From Chiloscyllium plagiosum (taxonomy: Eukaryota), in contig NC_057719.1 in assembly GCF_004010195.1 (NCBI RefSeq), positions 36,157,842 to 36,200,196 on the forward strand: a stretch of DNA of 42,355 bases, in the 5' to 3' direction. The position numbers and the translations under genes are program-made. Each line of letters begins with the position of its first letter. Positions within the stretch are counted from its first letter, which is position 1. Under the pieces are notes generated by a model. The model worked only from the letters and a program-made list of their open reading frames with translations, was not told the DNA's origin and did no database searches. Positions 23,855 through 35,827 of the stretch are shown here, in pieces.

Positions 23855-24400
23855 CAGGGTCAGCATCCTTTCCTCACACAGTGTGAGGAGCCAATATTGG
23901 ATAACCAACACCCATCTTTGCTGTTTCTGCCCTAATCTGGACTGTGTTCTCTCTGACTGGGGAATTGATGGAGGTGGAAATAAGTCACACAGCTGTGAGT
24001 GCAGGCAGTGGAAATGTGGTGAGGTCCCCCAAGTCAGTGATTAGGAAGCACAGAGGCCTTGCAAGGTGGAGGTTTGGAGGGTATGATAGTGATGTAGCGT
24101 GAGAACTTGAGCCTTGGCGGGAGGTGGGTTCAGTAGTGAAGATAGAGTGAGTGTGAGGTATTGGAGAGAAGAAGGTAGCACTTACTCTGGTGGACTGAAG
24201 AAGGTCATTCTTCCTACAGTTCTGGTCATTCTTGCCAAAGGCCAAGACCATTGACCCAGGTGGCAATCCCAAACCTGGTTTTGGGGCCATCTCTACTAAT
24301 CCATGGGGAAGAGGGCTGCCATCCTCTGCATTACCTCATCCACTAGAATATGCAAGTGCATATCCTCAAAGCAAGGCACCAAATTCCCCTCGTCTGCTGT
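23855..24400 (-). pseudogene. Second decayed Harbinger-type Myb/SANT gene
   Basis: GNLVPCFEDMHLHILVDEVMQRMAALFP...KNDQNCRKNDLLQSTR then GTAAG donor (24181-24185); second piece ENTVQIRAETAKMGVG..LLTLCEERML (23855-23952). Confidence 0.7.
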
Positions 24401-25429
24401 GTCCGGGGCAAGTGTCATGATGTGCAAGGAAGATCCAGATGGATGGTGCTTACCCAGCCATGAAGGGCTAGATGGGAAATTAATGATGTGAGTTTGGAAT
24501 GATGGTGTGAGTAAAGCTGAGGGCTCACGCTCAGAATCTCTCCATGGAACTTGACAAAATTAGCACTCAACCAATTCATAAGATTCGTACCTAAGTGGTT
24601 GATGAGCACAGGCAGTACGTTTCATTTAAAAGCCTCACATTTCAATTTCACACAGTACTTCCCTGAAGCTCTAACAACTGATGCTGGAGGTAATTATTGA
24701 AGAATTCCTTGCATTTGGAAGGAGAGGAAAATCTCAGCAGACCTCCTGTACCTGACCTGAAATAACAATTTCTGTCAACCTGAGATGGGTTTTTGCCCAT
24801 ACCAGGGTAGGAAACTCTGCATCAAGAAACTATGAGCCAGCAACAGTGTCATTTTGAGTTCCCACGTCTCGCCGATATGGCCCTACCAAACACAAACACA
24901 AGCTGCCTAAAACGTGTATTGGTTTGAATTGTGTGTGTTACCAATGCCTCAATTTGCATTCAGTGGGTGTAAAATGGCTGTTTCAAAGCCATCCTGAGAT
25001 GAACACATGGTGATTCTTTAATTGCGTGATCATAAGCCTGTTTTGGTTGGAGCAGGATTTGTTGCCCCTTTATTCATTCTTAATACAATTCAAAATTCTT
25101 GTCATGATATGAAGCACATTAAAGGAGGAGCCAAAAAAATGCAGACCGTATTAAATCCATCACAAAAGCTTGCAGAGCTTATAATCTTCAGCTCAGTGCA
25201 GTGTCACGTAAAATATTGAAGGGGATATGATTATTTCAACAGCTAGTCCATTGCTTTAATCTTCAATGGGAAAATTGTGGAAAATGCCCCCTTAACTTTC
25301 AGAAGTAATCAAGCCAATGTATGGAATATTTCTATATCTTTATTTATTATCTATTAGTAAAATCTACCTCTCAATAGGATGGGTCTTAACTTTTTTTGAT
25401 ATACTAAAACAGGTGATAGCGAATTAGCA

Positions 25430-25531
25430 ACCAAATGAGAAAATGCTGGAAAATCTCAACAGGTCTGGCAGCATCTGTAAGGAGAGAAAAAAGCTGATGT
25501 TTTGAGTCTAACTGACCCTTTGTCAAAGCTC
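25430..25531 (-). mobile_element. 102-bp PLE terminal-repeat insertion with 13-bp TSD and degenerate hammerhead
   Basis: TAGCGAATTAGCA at 25417-25429 and 25532-25544; minus strand AGCT-TTGACAA-A-GGGTC-AGTTA-GACTC-AAAA-CATC-AGCT. Confidence 0.85.
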
Positions 25532-25962
25532 TAGCGAATTAGCAGTCCACTTAGCAATTTTCCAAAACATTATTTTTGTTGACTTTCATGGATATAAAAA
25601 TTGGAAAAGATGTGAAATAGACTGTCGTTTTGTTATCACCAATTTTACTGTATTGATAAAATCAACAGATGTTATTAGCATTGACATAGAAGCCCATGAA
25701 TGTGCAAAAATGAATTGCTAATGTCTCTATTTCTATACAGGTGATATAAGTTGGGAAAACAGTTCACAAGTTTAAACAATTTAGGTGAATTGTTCAATGA
25801 TGTAACGTTATAAATGCCCATAGCATTCTCCTTTTAAATATGTAGCAAAAGTATATTCTTGAGTAGAATCCATTGAAGCAATAAGTGATTTCTTGTGGGA
25901 TTGTAATAGTTTCAGTAAAAGAAAAGTATTTTTACCCAGAACTAAGTTATCTTCTTAAAACT

Positions 25963-26090
25963 AAACAAAATATTACAGATATTGAAAATCTGAAATAATA
26001 ACAGAAAATGCTAGAACTATACAACACATCTGGAAGCAACTCTGGATTATCAGAATTAAAATTTCAGGTCAATAAGCTTTTATCAGATTT
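25963..26090 (-). mobile_element. Old degenerate PLE terminal repeat
   Basis: AACAGAAAATGCTAGAACTATACAACACATCTGGAAGCA resembles 25436-25478. Confidence 0.45.
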
Positions 26091-27340
26091 GGAAAAAAAT
26101 AAACATGCAAAAGGCTTTAAGGAAATAAGAAAGCAGCAAACATGTGACCAAAAGCTAAGTGAGCAACATGTGATTCAGCCAACAACCATGGTTGGAGCAA
26201 TAGGATAGACAGGAGCTCACAACTATACAGGTAAGTAATCCCTCAATCTTTAGGAACCCTTTGATGACCTTGCATCATTATTCAAGATGCCTCCAATAAT
26301 GGAAACTCCTAGGTTACTTTTAATATCTCAATAAGTTGTACTCTGGTTGAAAGTGGGGATTGAAATGCTGTTTTGAGAGAAGAGAAAGTGAAGGTGTTTC
26401 TCTAAACATTAGAATCAATGTAGATGTTAGTTTATTGGCATCTTGATTAGTTAAACATTGCTTGCTTGGTGAGTTTACTAAATGATAAATTGGTGAAAGT
26501 GGAAGGTGATAACAGCTCCCAATAGTGAGGGAAACAGTATCTTATACTAGAGTGTACAGGGAAAGCAAAGTAACAGCTCCAAATCAATCAGAATGAATGA
26601 TTATGAAATTGACAGCTCAAATCTGACAGCTGAGAAGAAACTATAAATCGGAATGTTTTACAGTTCAAAGTCAAATCAGATGTCAACAATGCAACAAAGC
26701 AAAAATAGAATTGGAAAAAGAGGGATGGAAAATAAGTGATGGAAAGGAAAAGTAAAAAATACAATTTTGTTTTTAAAGTTTCCAAGTTTTAATCTGAATG
26801 AGGTGAGGCTGCACACTTGTGGTAATGAATTTAAATTGTCAGAAGTTTGACTAGCAGTCATCACCACATCATAATGAGGCTTGGACTGAAATAGCCGAGC
26901 TAATTTTCTGTGATGAGTTTTTAGTTCATATTTACTGCACAAACATGGCAACTTTATGATATTGAATTCATTTCAACAGGGTGCAAGACAGCAGTACCAT
27001 TCCTACAAAGTTAAAAATGGAGCCGCACAAGTCAGATAATGTGATAACTTTTCAGTATTTCAGTTTAACTGCATCGATGCTGTTTGCGGGAAGTTGAAAT
27101 ATCATTTGTACATTAATAATAGTTACTACCATTTGCCTCACTGCTATTTTGACATAATAGCCTAAATAAATTTGTTTAACACAAAATATAAATATATTGG
27201 TCAACAAACCTTACTTCTACCCTTTATCTGAAATGTAATGTATTAAAAGTAAAATTCAGAGAAAAGAACATCTTTACCTTTTGCTGTGTAATATTATTTA
27301 AATAAAGCTATTATGGATGCCATTTTAATAATTTACAGAA

Positions 27341-27860
27341 GTCACTTTTGGAGTAGTGTGTACAGTTCTGGTCACCTTGCTGTAGGAAGGATATTATTAA
27401 ATTGGAGAGGGTTCAAAAAACTTAACAAGGATGTTGCTGGGACTAGAGGGTTTGACTTATAAGGATAAACTGGATAGGCGGGGACCTTTTTCACTGGAGC
27501 ATATGAGGTTGAGGGGTGACATTTAGAGGTTTATAAAATCATGAGGAGCATCAATAAGGTGAATAGCCAAGGGTGGGTGGATTCAAAGGTAGGAGACATA
27601 TTTTTAAGGTGAGAGAAGAGGATTTAAAGGGACCTGAGGGGGCAACCTTTTCACAAAGGGTGGTTCTTTTATGGAATGAACTGCCAGAGGAAGTGGTAGA
27701 TGCAGGTAAGTTAAAACATTTAAAAAGCACATAAATAGGAAAGGTTTAGAGAGATATGGGCCAAACGCACAGACGTGGGACTAGTTTAGTTTGGAAACTT
27801 GGTTGGCATGAACATGTTGGTTCGAAGGGTCTGTTTCTGTGCTGTATGACTCTGTAATTC
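27341..27860 (+). mobile_element. CR1 LINE 3' fragment
   Basis: GTACAGTTCTGGTCACCTTGCTGTAGGAAGGAT...TGGAATGAACTGCCAGAGGAAG...GTATGACTCTG. Confidence 0.9.
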
Positions 27861-28654
27861 AGTATTTGAACCCATTTGTGTCTGGAGCATTTTATCACAT
27901 CTCTCCACTTCTTTGTTTCTTCCTAACCTGTGAGCGCCATTGACCATATGGTGATGTATTTCTTTGCTGACCACCACTGTCTGGTCATTTGCATAATTTT
28001 GCCACACATATTTGAAATTAATGATGAATACCAAATAAAATCTCAAAGATTGTCAATTATTTTTTGGGAATGTGCTTCAGAATATGCGCCAGTTAGGCAT
28101 ATTTAAGCAAATGCAGTTTTACTTTGCATCATTAACAGGGTGTTTCCATTAAAGGCAGAGCAATGGTATTCCTAAACAGGTTTGAACAAAGCCTTGTGTA
28201 GGTCTAGAGCTATACCTGAAGAACTACATACTCCTAAAGCATGATCTGAACATAAATATTGAAACCCTATAACATTTTATCATGCACCAAAGTCATTGGT
28301 GTTGTTTTAACTTAAGGTGATTTGACAAATGGAATATTATAGAGGCTTGACCATTTTGTTGGTTTGATCTAAGACAAGTGAGCATTCCATATGTTTTTCA
28401 GTGTTAATGAGCACTCACCAATGAAGAGCACGGTACGATCTTACCTGGACCAGCATCAAATAAACAGAAGCTGCATACCTTAAATAAGATGCAATCTCTG
28501 AAACAATTTTGTTTGGTCTGCATATGGGTGGAATAATCTGAAAGATTACTATTGAATAGATAAGGTTATCAACATTTTCAGGCACTGGTGTGAACATATT
28601 GCTACAACGCGTGAGTCCAGGTCAACTATATTCGGGAAAATCAGGTCGACATTG

Positions 28655-29382
28655 AAAGTGTGAGATTATGCACTTTGGTAGGAAGAATAGAGACATGGAC
28701 TATTTTCCAAGTGGGGAAGGGCCTCTCTCTTGAGATTAACATGCAGGTTCAGTTGGCAGTTAGAAAGGCAAATGCAATGTTAGCATTCATTTCAAAAGGG
28801 CTAGAATACATGCAGGAGTGTACTGTGAAGGCACTGGACAGACTGCATTTGGATATTGGAACAGTTTTGGCCTCTACTTCTAAATAAGGATGTGCTGGCA
28901 TTGGAGGGAGTCCAGAGAAGGTTTTCAAGAATGAAGGGATGAAGGTCTTGTCATATGATGACCGGTTGAGGACTCAGGGTGGAGTGTAGAAGGATGAGGG
29001 GAATCTGATTGAAACTTACACAATACTGAGAGGCCTGTATAGAGTGGACATGGAGAAGATGTTTCTCCAGTAGGAGAGACTAAGACCCAAGGGTACAGCC
29101 TCAGAATGAAGGGCTGACCCTTTAGAATGGGGATGAGGAGGAGTTCTTTTAGACAGAGGGTGGTGAATCTGTGGAAGTCATTGCTGCAGAAGGCTGTGGT
29201 GGCCAAGTTGTTGAATGTCTTTGAGACAGAGTTAGATAGGTCCTTGACTGATAAGGGATCAGGGGTTAAGGGGAAAATGCAGCAGAATGGAGATTGAGAA
29301 ACACATTGGCTATGATTGAGTTGTGGAGCAGACTCGATGGGCCAAGAGGCCTAATTCGGTTGTTATATTGTGTTATGGTCTA
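28655..29382 (+). mobile_element. CR1 LINE 3' fragment, degenerate
   Basis: VQLAVRKANAMLAFISKGLEY; colinear with 18060-18863. Confidence 0.85.
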
Positions 29383-30090
29383 ACAGGCGATCCTTAAAGG
29401 TGTTACTCTCTGTCTTCACCAAATGCTATATTATAAAGGTACTTACTCAATATTGAACTAGGAGTGCTCATCACAGATCAACATTAAAAATAATTGCCGC
29501 TAGCAATCCCACTCTAGATTGGCACTTCACCCCATTTAGTACCCTCAACCCAACTCCTAACCACACGTCCTGTCCTGATGTCCCAATTTTTCCATTATTC
29601 CTACACAGAACCAACATTAGAACAACAGCAAGAATAAACTGGGGATATGTTTCCTTCTGACAAATGTTTGAGCTCTGCTGCACAATGCAATATAATTAAC
29701 GTTAGGAAGTAAGATGAGTGACAACAAACTTAAACATCTTCTCTGCAGAAGTGCCTCAAGCGATAGTTTCACCAGATTACCCAAAGTATTTAATACCTTT
29801 GAATAAAATAATAATTACAAACTTCTTAGTAAAGCTATATTTTAAATAGCATTGGTAATCATAAAATTCCATTCATATTATTATATTCACAATTTAACTT
29901 GTTCTTAAAAGTTGTAATAATGCCTTGGTTCTTTCCAGATACAACAAAGCTTCAACAAGTGTAGTGCTTGTTTGTCTTTCACTATTAATGTTTTGGTGAT
30001 TTCCATTTCTGTTGATCCAGCTGTTAACATGATATGCACATCGTCATAAAAACTGTTAAGAGTTGTGCTGGCAATCACTATTTATTTTCA

Positions 30091-31370
30091 AAGTTAAAAA
30101 TCACACATCAGGTTCTAGTCCAACAGATTTATTTGAAAGTACTAGCTTTTGGAGCACTGTTCCTTCATCAGGTATCTGTGGAGCAGGATCATAAAACAGA
30201 GTTTATAGTAAAAGATCACACTGTCATGCATGCAACTGATATGATATATCGAACAACTTAGATAGCTGTTAAGTCTTCCATCTTTTAGAATGGGTTGCAG
30301 GTTTCAATTCAATAATACGTAAATCCCAGAACTTCTTTTGAATCATGTTCTCGACATAACTTAAGGTTTTATAAAAAAAGGTGACATCTCAGCTCAGACA
30401 ATGCATTAAAGGTTTGAGGTTAAAGTCTGTCTGTATCCCAAATTTGAGTCAGACTGGTTCTATTTCCAAAGTAGGAATTTGTAAAATGTTATATGTATTG
30501 ACTGCCTGCATTGACTGTCTGATTGTGTGCTTTTTGAACAAAGTAGAATATATCTGTAATTACAATTCAGCAAATGTAAATTCACCCCATCGACTTATAT
30601 GTGTATGTGTGTGTGCATGTGAGGGAGGGATGGGGAGAGACAGAGACAGAGACAGAGAGAGAGGAAGAAAGAGAGTGTGTGTATAAGGATGTGCGTCTAT
30701 GTGTACTCACACAGTCATGTTCACCCTCTTTCAAGACATGCTCTCTCAGACACATACACACATACATCCACTGAGAAGCGCACTCACGCAAACACACACT
30801 CTCGCATGCACTCACGCTCACAAACATACTCACATACACACACTCTCACTGCGCCCCAAATCCCCCCCTCCACCGCCACACTCTCGCACTCTCACACTCT
30901 CACCCACACATGGGGATGAATTTGCGTTTGCAGAATTGCAATTGCAGATACATTCTATTTTGTTCAAATAACACCCAATCTACAGGTAATCAATCAATAT
31001 AACATTTTATAATTTCCTACTTTGGAAATAGAACCAATCTGACTCAAGATTGGAACACATACAGACTCTAACCTCACAAGTTCATTGCATTGTCTGAGCT
31101 GAGATGTCACTTTTTTTATAAAACCTTGTTATCTCGAGAGAAGTTCTAGGATTTACATATTAATGAACTGAACCCTGCAGTCCATTCTAAATCATGAAAG
31201 GCATGACGTTATGGTCTTTGGCTACAATTCTGTGTCTTATGATCCTGCTCCACAGCTTCACCTGATGAAGGAGCAGCGCTCCGAAAGCTAGTAACCTGTT
31301 GGACTATAACCTTGTGCTGTGTGATTTTTAACTTTGAGCACCCCAGTCCAACAATGGCACTTCCACATCA
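30091..31370. mobile_element. ~1.28-kb non-coding fold-back PLE derivative with a hammerhead motif near each end
   Basis: 30089-~30600 is an imperfect reverse complement of ~30905-31336; centre (GT/GA)n then (CA/CT)n; TSD TATTTATTTTCA (30079-30090) / TATTTAATTTCA (31371-31382). Confidence 0.88.
31259..31292 (+). ncRNA. Minimal hammerhead ribozyme motif, intact core
   Basis: CAC-CTGATGA-A-GGAGC-AGC-GCTCC-GAAA-G-CTA-GT: 5-bp helix II, CUA triplet; mirror copy at 30139-30174 on minus has GAAA>AAAA. Confidence 0.75.
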
Positions 31371-32027
31371 TATTTAATTTCAGTCAACAAAATGGCAGGG
31401 TTGAAGTTGGATTATATCAATTGCACAAACCAATCTTTCAGAAAATGGGCAACACACTTTGTAAAGATAATTGACTTTCTGTCAAACTGACTTCTTGTGG
31501 TGTAATGATAGTTTCTCTACTTCTGAGCCAGGAGGCCTGTGAGTAGTAACATTTCTGAACAGGTTGATTAGAAAAATTCAGAGCTAAGTGCTTCTTGAAT
31601 CAGCATTCCCAGGCGTGATATTTTAGCAGATACTTCCTTTAATGTAGTCCAGTTTCACTCCATGTCTAGCCTACAGTCCACTAAATAGTAGTGCACGAAG
31701 CTAGAAAATACGATAATTTTAACAGTTATATTAATATAGCAGTTATGAACAATTGTTTGGTAGAACCTGGGTAGCAGAAAAGAGAGAAATGTTGCAGAAA
31801 CTTTAAGACTTGCATTCATAATTGCAAGAACACCAAATTTCAAATTATCATTCTAAACAAGAGGAGGTAGTTGTTGATTGGTTGCCAAGTTGACTTTGAT
31901 TGACAAATGGAAATATAATTTAAAAAATCAAAGCCACAGAAACAAAGCAACTGATATTGTATACACCTCACATGCAAGTCTGAATTTAATTCCCAGTAGA
32001 AATTTATTGCAGTTGTTTTATAGAACT

Positions 32028-32340
32028 GGGATGGCACAGTGGCTCAGTGGTTAGAACTGCTACTTCATAGTTCAACTCCACGCTTGGGCAGCTACCTATG
32101 TGGAATTTCATGTTCTCCACGCATTGGTTTCCTCTGGGTGCTCCAGTTTCCTCTCACAGTCCAAAGATGCACCGGTTAGATGGATTTGTTATGCAAAGTT
32201 ATCGTGTAGTGTCCAGGGATGTGCAGTCTAAGTGGATTAGTCATGGTATATTCAGGGATAGGGGGCTGGATACTCTTTAGACGGTTAGTGCAGACTTGAT
32301 GGGCTGAACAGCCTCTTTCTGCTCTGTAAGAATTCTATGA
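32028..32340 (+). mobile_element. Degenerate HE1/V-SINE-related SINE
   Basis: GGGATGGCACAGTGGCTCAGTGGTTAG head, GGTGCTCCAGTTTCCTCTCACAGTCCAAAGATG core, CR1-like tail. Confidence 0.8.
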
Positions 32341-33229
32341 GAAACATGATTTAAAATGAATAATCTTTCACTCTAGTTTGATAGGACGCACAAATTTGTT
32401 TGGCAAGGATCTGAGCAACAGGCTGGCATCAAATGATCATGCTGACGTGGCAACTGCTGTCAAATAAAACATAGTGAAAGTTGGAAATAGTGAACGTTTA
32501 AAATTGATGAGTTTTCTTCAAACATATTGCAGGAAGGCTGCAATGTGTTACTCTAGGGTTGAATACCCAACATCTAAACATCAATAAATGGCTTTATTTT
32601 TCAATAAAACGGAGTTGGTTCTTGCAAGGATGTATGAGCACGAAAAATACTGAATGTGAAAATTGAAAGTTTGCCTGGAATAGACAGATACATTAAAGCC
32701 AAATGTGTAAAATGGAACGAAACCAGAAAGTGTTGAAAACACTCCATGTGTCTGGCAGCATCTGCAGAGAAAATAAAAATCAAGTTAATGATCCAGGTAA
32801 AAGATACCATTTTAATAAAACAAAGTGGGATATTTTGTTGACATTTGCTGTGGGTTTCCAACTTGCCTTTCTTCAAACATATGTGTCTGGACAAATCCAG
32901 CATAAATGTCTTTAGATAATTCATTTTTTTCAAAGTGTATCACTTTTAAAAGCAGAACATGAGTTACTTCAGGGAATGAGGCAGGTACTGCAAATTGTTG
33001 TGGGGACCAAATGAAATTTGTGACTTATCTTATTTTCATACATATAGCAATTGGCTGCATACAGCTTTGATGAAATGGGAACTGTCTCTGACATTACTTG
33101 AAGTCAGCCAGCACCTTTTAAAGGTGAGGTGCACTCTACTTGTAGGCTGGAGGAAATGTTTATGAACAGAAAAATGGTCAAGAAAAGAAAAGATTGCAGA
33201 TCTGACCCTAGCTGCGAATTCTATCACGT

Positions 33230-33363
33230 AGTCATAGAGTCATAGAGATGTACAGCACGAAACAGAGCCTTTGGTCCAACTCGTCCATGCCGACTAGATA
33301 TCTGGCCCATATCCCTCCAAAGTCTTCCTATTCAGATACCCATCCAGATGCCTTTTAAATGTT
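33230..33363 (-). mobile_element. CR1 3' terminus with internal deletion
   Basis: AGTCATAGAGTCATAGAGATGTACAGCA tail. Confidence 0.85.
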
Positions 33364-33700
33364 CTTAATTTCTTTTGTCTTGCTGAGATCCTCATCCCGG
33401 AAATTTGCATGTTGGACTGAAGCTACTTTCCTTCGGTACTCAACTCTCTCATAAGTAGCATAAGGATTACTCAGTTCCTCTCTTTCATTGAGATGCTGAA
33501 AACATTGAAATTTCTGTTTAAAATGAAGAGAATATCATACATGGAGATGCAATGTTATTCAGTCTGATCTGTGAAAGCAGCAGCTTAGAGATCAGCAGTA
33601 CATATATTTTAGACACGACGCTATAGAAAGGGCTTTAAAACGATGAATCATTGGAAAACTGAGTATGAGCCAGGTGAGCTGAGGGGATAGAAAAACACAT

Positions 33701-33830
33701 GAGTTCTGAGGAAGGGTTACTCGACTTGAAATGTTAACTCTGATTTTTCTCCACAGATGCTGCCAGAGTCGCTGAATTTCTCCAGTAATTTCTATTTTTA
33801 TGTCTGATTTACAGCATCTGCAGTTCTTTC
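33701..33830 (+). mobile_element. PLE terminal repeat starting at a hammerhead motif
   Basis: GAGTT-CTGAGGA-A-GGGTT-ACTC-GACTT-GAAA-TGTT-AACTC (33701-33740), perfect 5-bp helix I; tail CAGCATCTGCAGTT. Confidence 0.8.
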
Positions 33831-34385
33831 CAGTTTTACAAAAGTTAACTTAGAGGAGGGGAAAAAAAATCACATACTAGTTCTGCTGCAGATGGCTCAG
33901 ATGTTAACCTCTCTAACCCAAGCTGCCAAAAAGATTCTGAGAGCCAGATTTTCAGAGTCAGGAAGACATTCTCCCATTTCTGCTTCTACTTAAAAAGGGT
34001 TACAATGCTATGAATCACAGAGTGAGAAACTCAAACCCAATGGGGCCACATAAACTTCATGTTGTACTCAGTTGATGCCATTTTAGCTGTACAGATCTTA
34101 ATCAACAGTGTGGGAGTCACAATTTTATGGGGTATATGTAAATGCTGTTGAAGAGTTTAGTTAATTATCATAATTTGAAACATTGTTTTATATTCCTTTC
34201 TCTTTAAACTTCTGAAAATTGTCTGTAGCCATCCATGATTGTTTAAAAAAAAACTGCTGGCGTAGAATACGTTTGAGTAGTTTTAATAGAATCATTTGGT
34301 GACATTTCCCTAACAATTACTTATAATGAATGTTTGGCTGAGCTTCAGAGGTACAATTATCTCAGCTGGGTGCTCTGCATTTACA

Positions 34386-34608
34386 ATTGAGAGTGTGTTG
34401 CTGGAAAAGCACAGCAGGTCAGGCAGCATCCGAGGAGCAGGAAAATTGACTTTTCGGGCTGGAGCCCTTCATCAGGAGTTCCTGGCGAAGGGCTCCAGCC
34501 CGAAAAGTGGATTTTCCTGCTCCTCAGATGCTGCCTGACCTGCTGTGCTTTTCCAGCAACACACACTCAACTCTGTTCTCTAACATCTGCAGACTTCACT
34601 ATCTCCTC
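34386..34608. mobile_element. 223-bp palindromic PLE derivative with back-to-back hammerhead cores and 15-bp TSD
   Basis: TGCTCTGCATTTACA at 34371-34385 and 34609-34623; ~85-bp arms about centre CAGGA-GT-TCCTG; minus core CTGATGA-A-GGGCTCCAGCCC-GAAA-AGTC, plus core mutated to CTGGCGA. Confidence 0.92.
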
Positions 34609-35327
34609 TGCTCTGCATTTACAGTTTAATTGACAGCTTAAAGAGATGTTAATGAATTAGCAGTATGAGCAGAAATTTGTTTTTTTATAAGTGGTTAATT
34701 ACTATAAGAGATCTAAAAGCTTTAATGCTGTCATATGTGAGAGTTACTCACTTTCAAATTGTACAGTGAGAGCTGTATTATGTTTTAGAAGTTTTGGTTT
34801 ACTTTATCTGCGCATGGCTCCTGAGTTCTGCCCATTGTCGATACTGGCAAATGGCCATATAATTAATGTGAATGCTATGTAGGAACATGGGTGGTTGGGC
34901 AGAGATACGATGGATATGATTGATGAGGACTAAAGGACCATTTAATTCTAAAACAGCTGGGACAATGTCCCAGAGAGCTAAGGCAGCCAGCTTTCTGATT
35001 ATCCCTCCTTGGCACCTACTAGCCCCTATTCTTGACTCAAGATATCTGCGTCAGTAGTCAATGTTCAGCCCTGAGATTGAGATGCCATAACAGAAAAAAA
35101 ACGCTAGTACTCTTTTGCCGTCACTGCATTTTTATTTGTCTCATGTCAGCTTTCATCATTTGAGATATTTAATTATTATTATTATGTTGAAAATTCTTTG
35201 CTGGTTTCAGAAAGCCAGATACATAAATTGGCTTGCTGGCTAATTTACCGTTAGGACAAAAAACACAAAAAATGCTCATGAGCATTAATAGTTTTGTGAT
35301 GCTATTCTCAACCGAAATAATACTGAA

Positions 35328-35827
35328 NNNNNNNNNNNNNNNNNNNNNNNNNNNNNNNNNNNNNNNNNNNNNNNNNNNNNNNNNNNNNNNNNNNNNNNNN
35401 NNNNNNNNNNNNNNNNNNNNNNNNNNNNNNNNNNNNNNNNNNNNNNNNNNNNNNNNNNNNNNNNNNNNNNNNNNNNNNNNNNNNNNNNNNNNNNNNNNNN
35501 NNNNNNNNNNNNNNNNNNNNNNNNNNNNNNNNNNNNNNNNNNNNNNNNNNNNNNNNNNNNNNNNNNNNNNNNNNNNNNNNNNNNNNNNNNNNNNNNNNNN
35601 NNNNNNNNNNNNNNNNNNNNNNNNNNNNNNNNNNNNNNNNNNNNNNNNNNNNNNNNNNNNNNNNNNNNNNNNNNNNNNNNNNNNNNNNNNNNNNNNNNNN
35701 NNNNNNNNNNNNNNNNNNNNNNNNNNNNNNNNNNNNNNNNNNNNNNNNNNNNNNNNNNNNNNNNNNNNNNNNNNNNNNNNNNNNNNNNNNNNNNNNNNNN
35801 NNNNNNNNNNNNNNNNNNNNNNNNNNN
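35328..35827. other. Assembly gap (N run)
   Basis: Direct reading. Confidence 1.

Noticed and set aside
26800..27100. Possible conserved non-coding enhancer (also 13640-13900, 41380-41730)
   Set aside because: Repeat-free appearance only; conservation cannot be judged without alignments
28410..28600. Possible minus-strand host exon (GTAAG and GTGAG donors)
   Set aside because: No recognisable peptide or convincing acceptor
30582..30971. His/Thr- and Val/Cys-rich ORFs
   Set aside because: Translations of (CA)n/(GT)n-like low-complexity sequence
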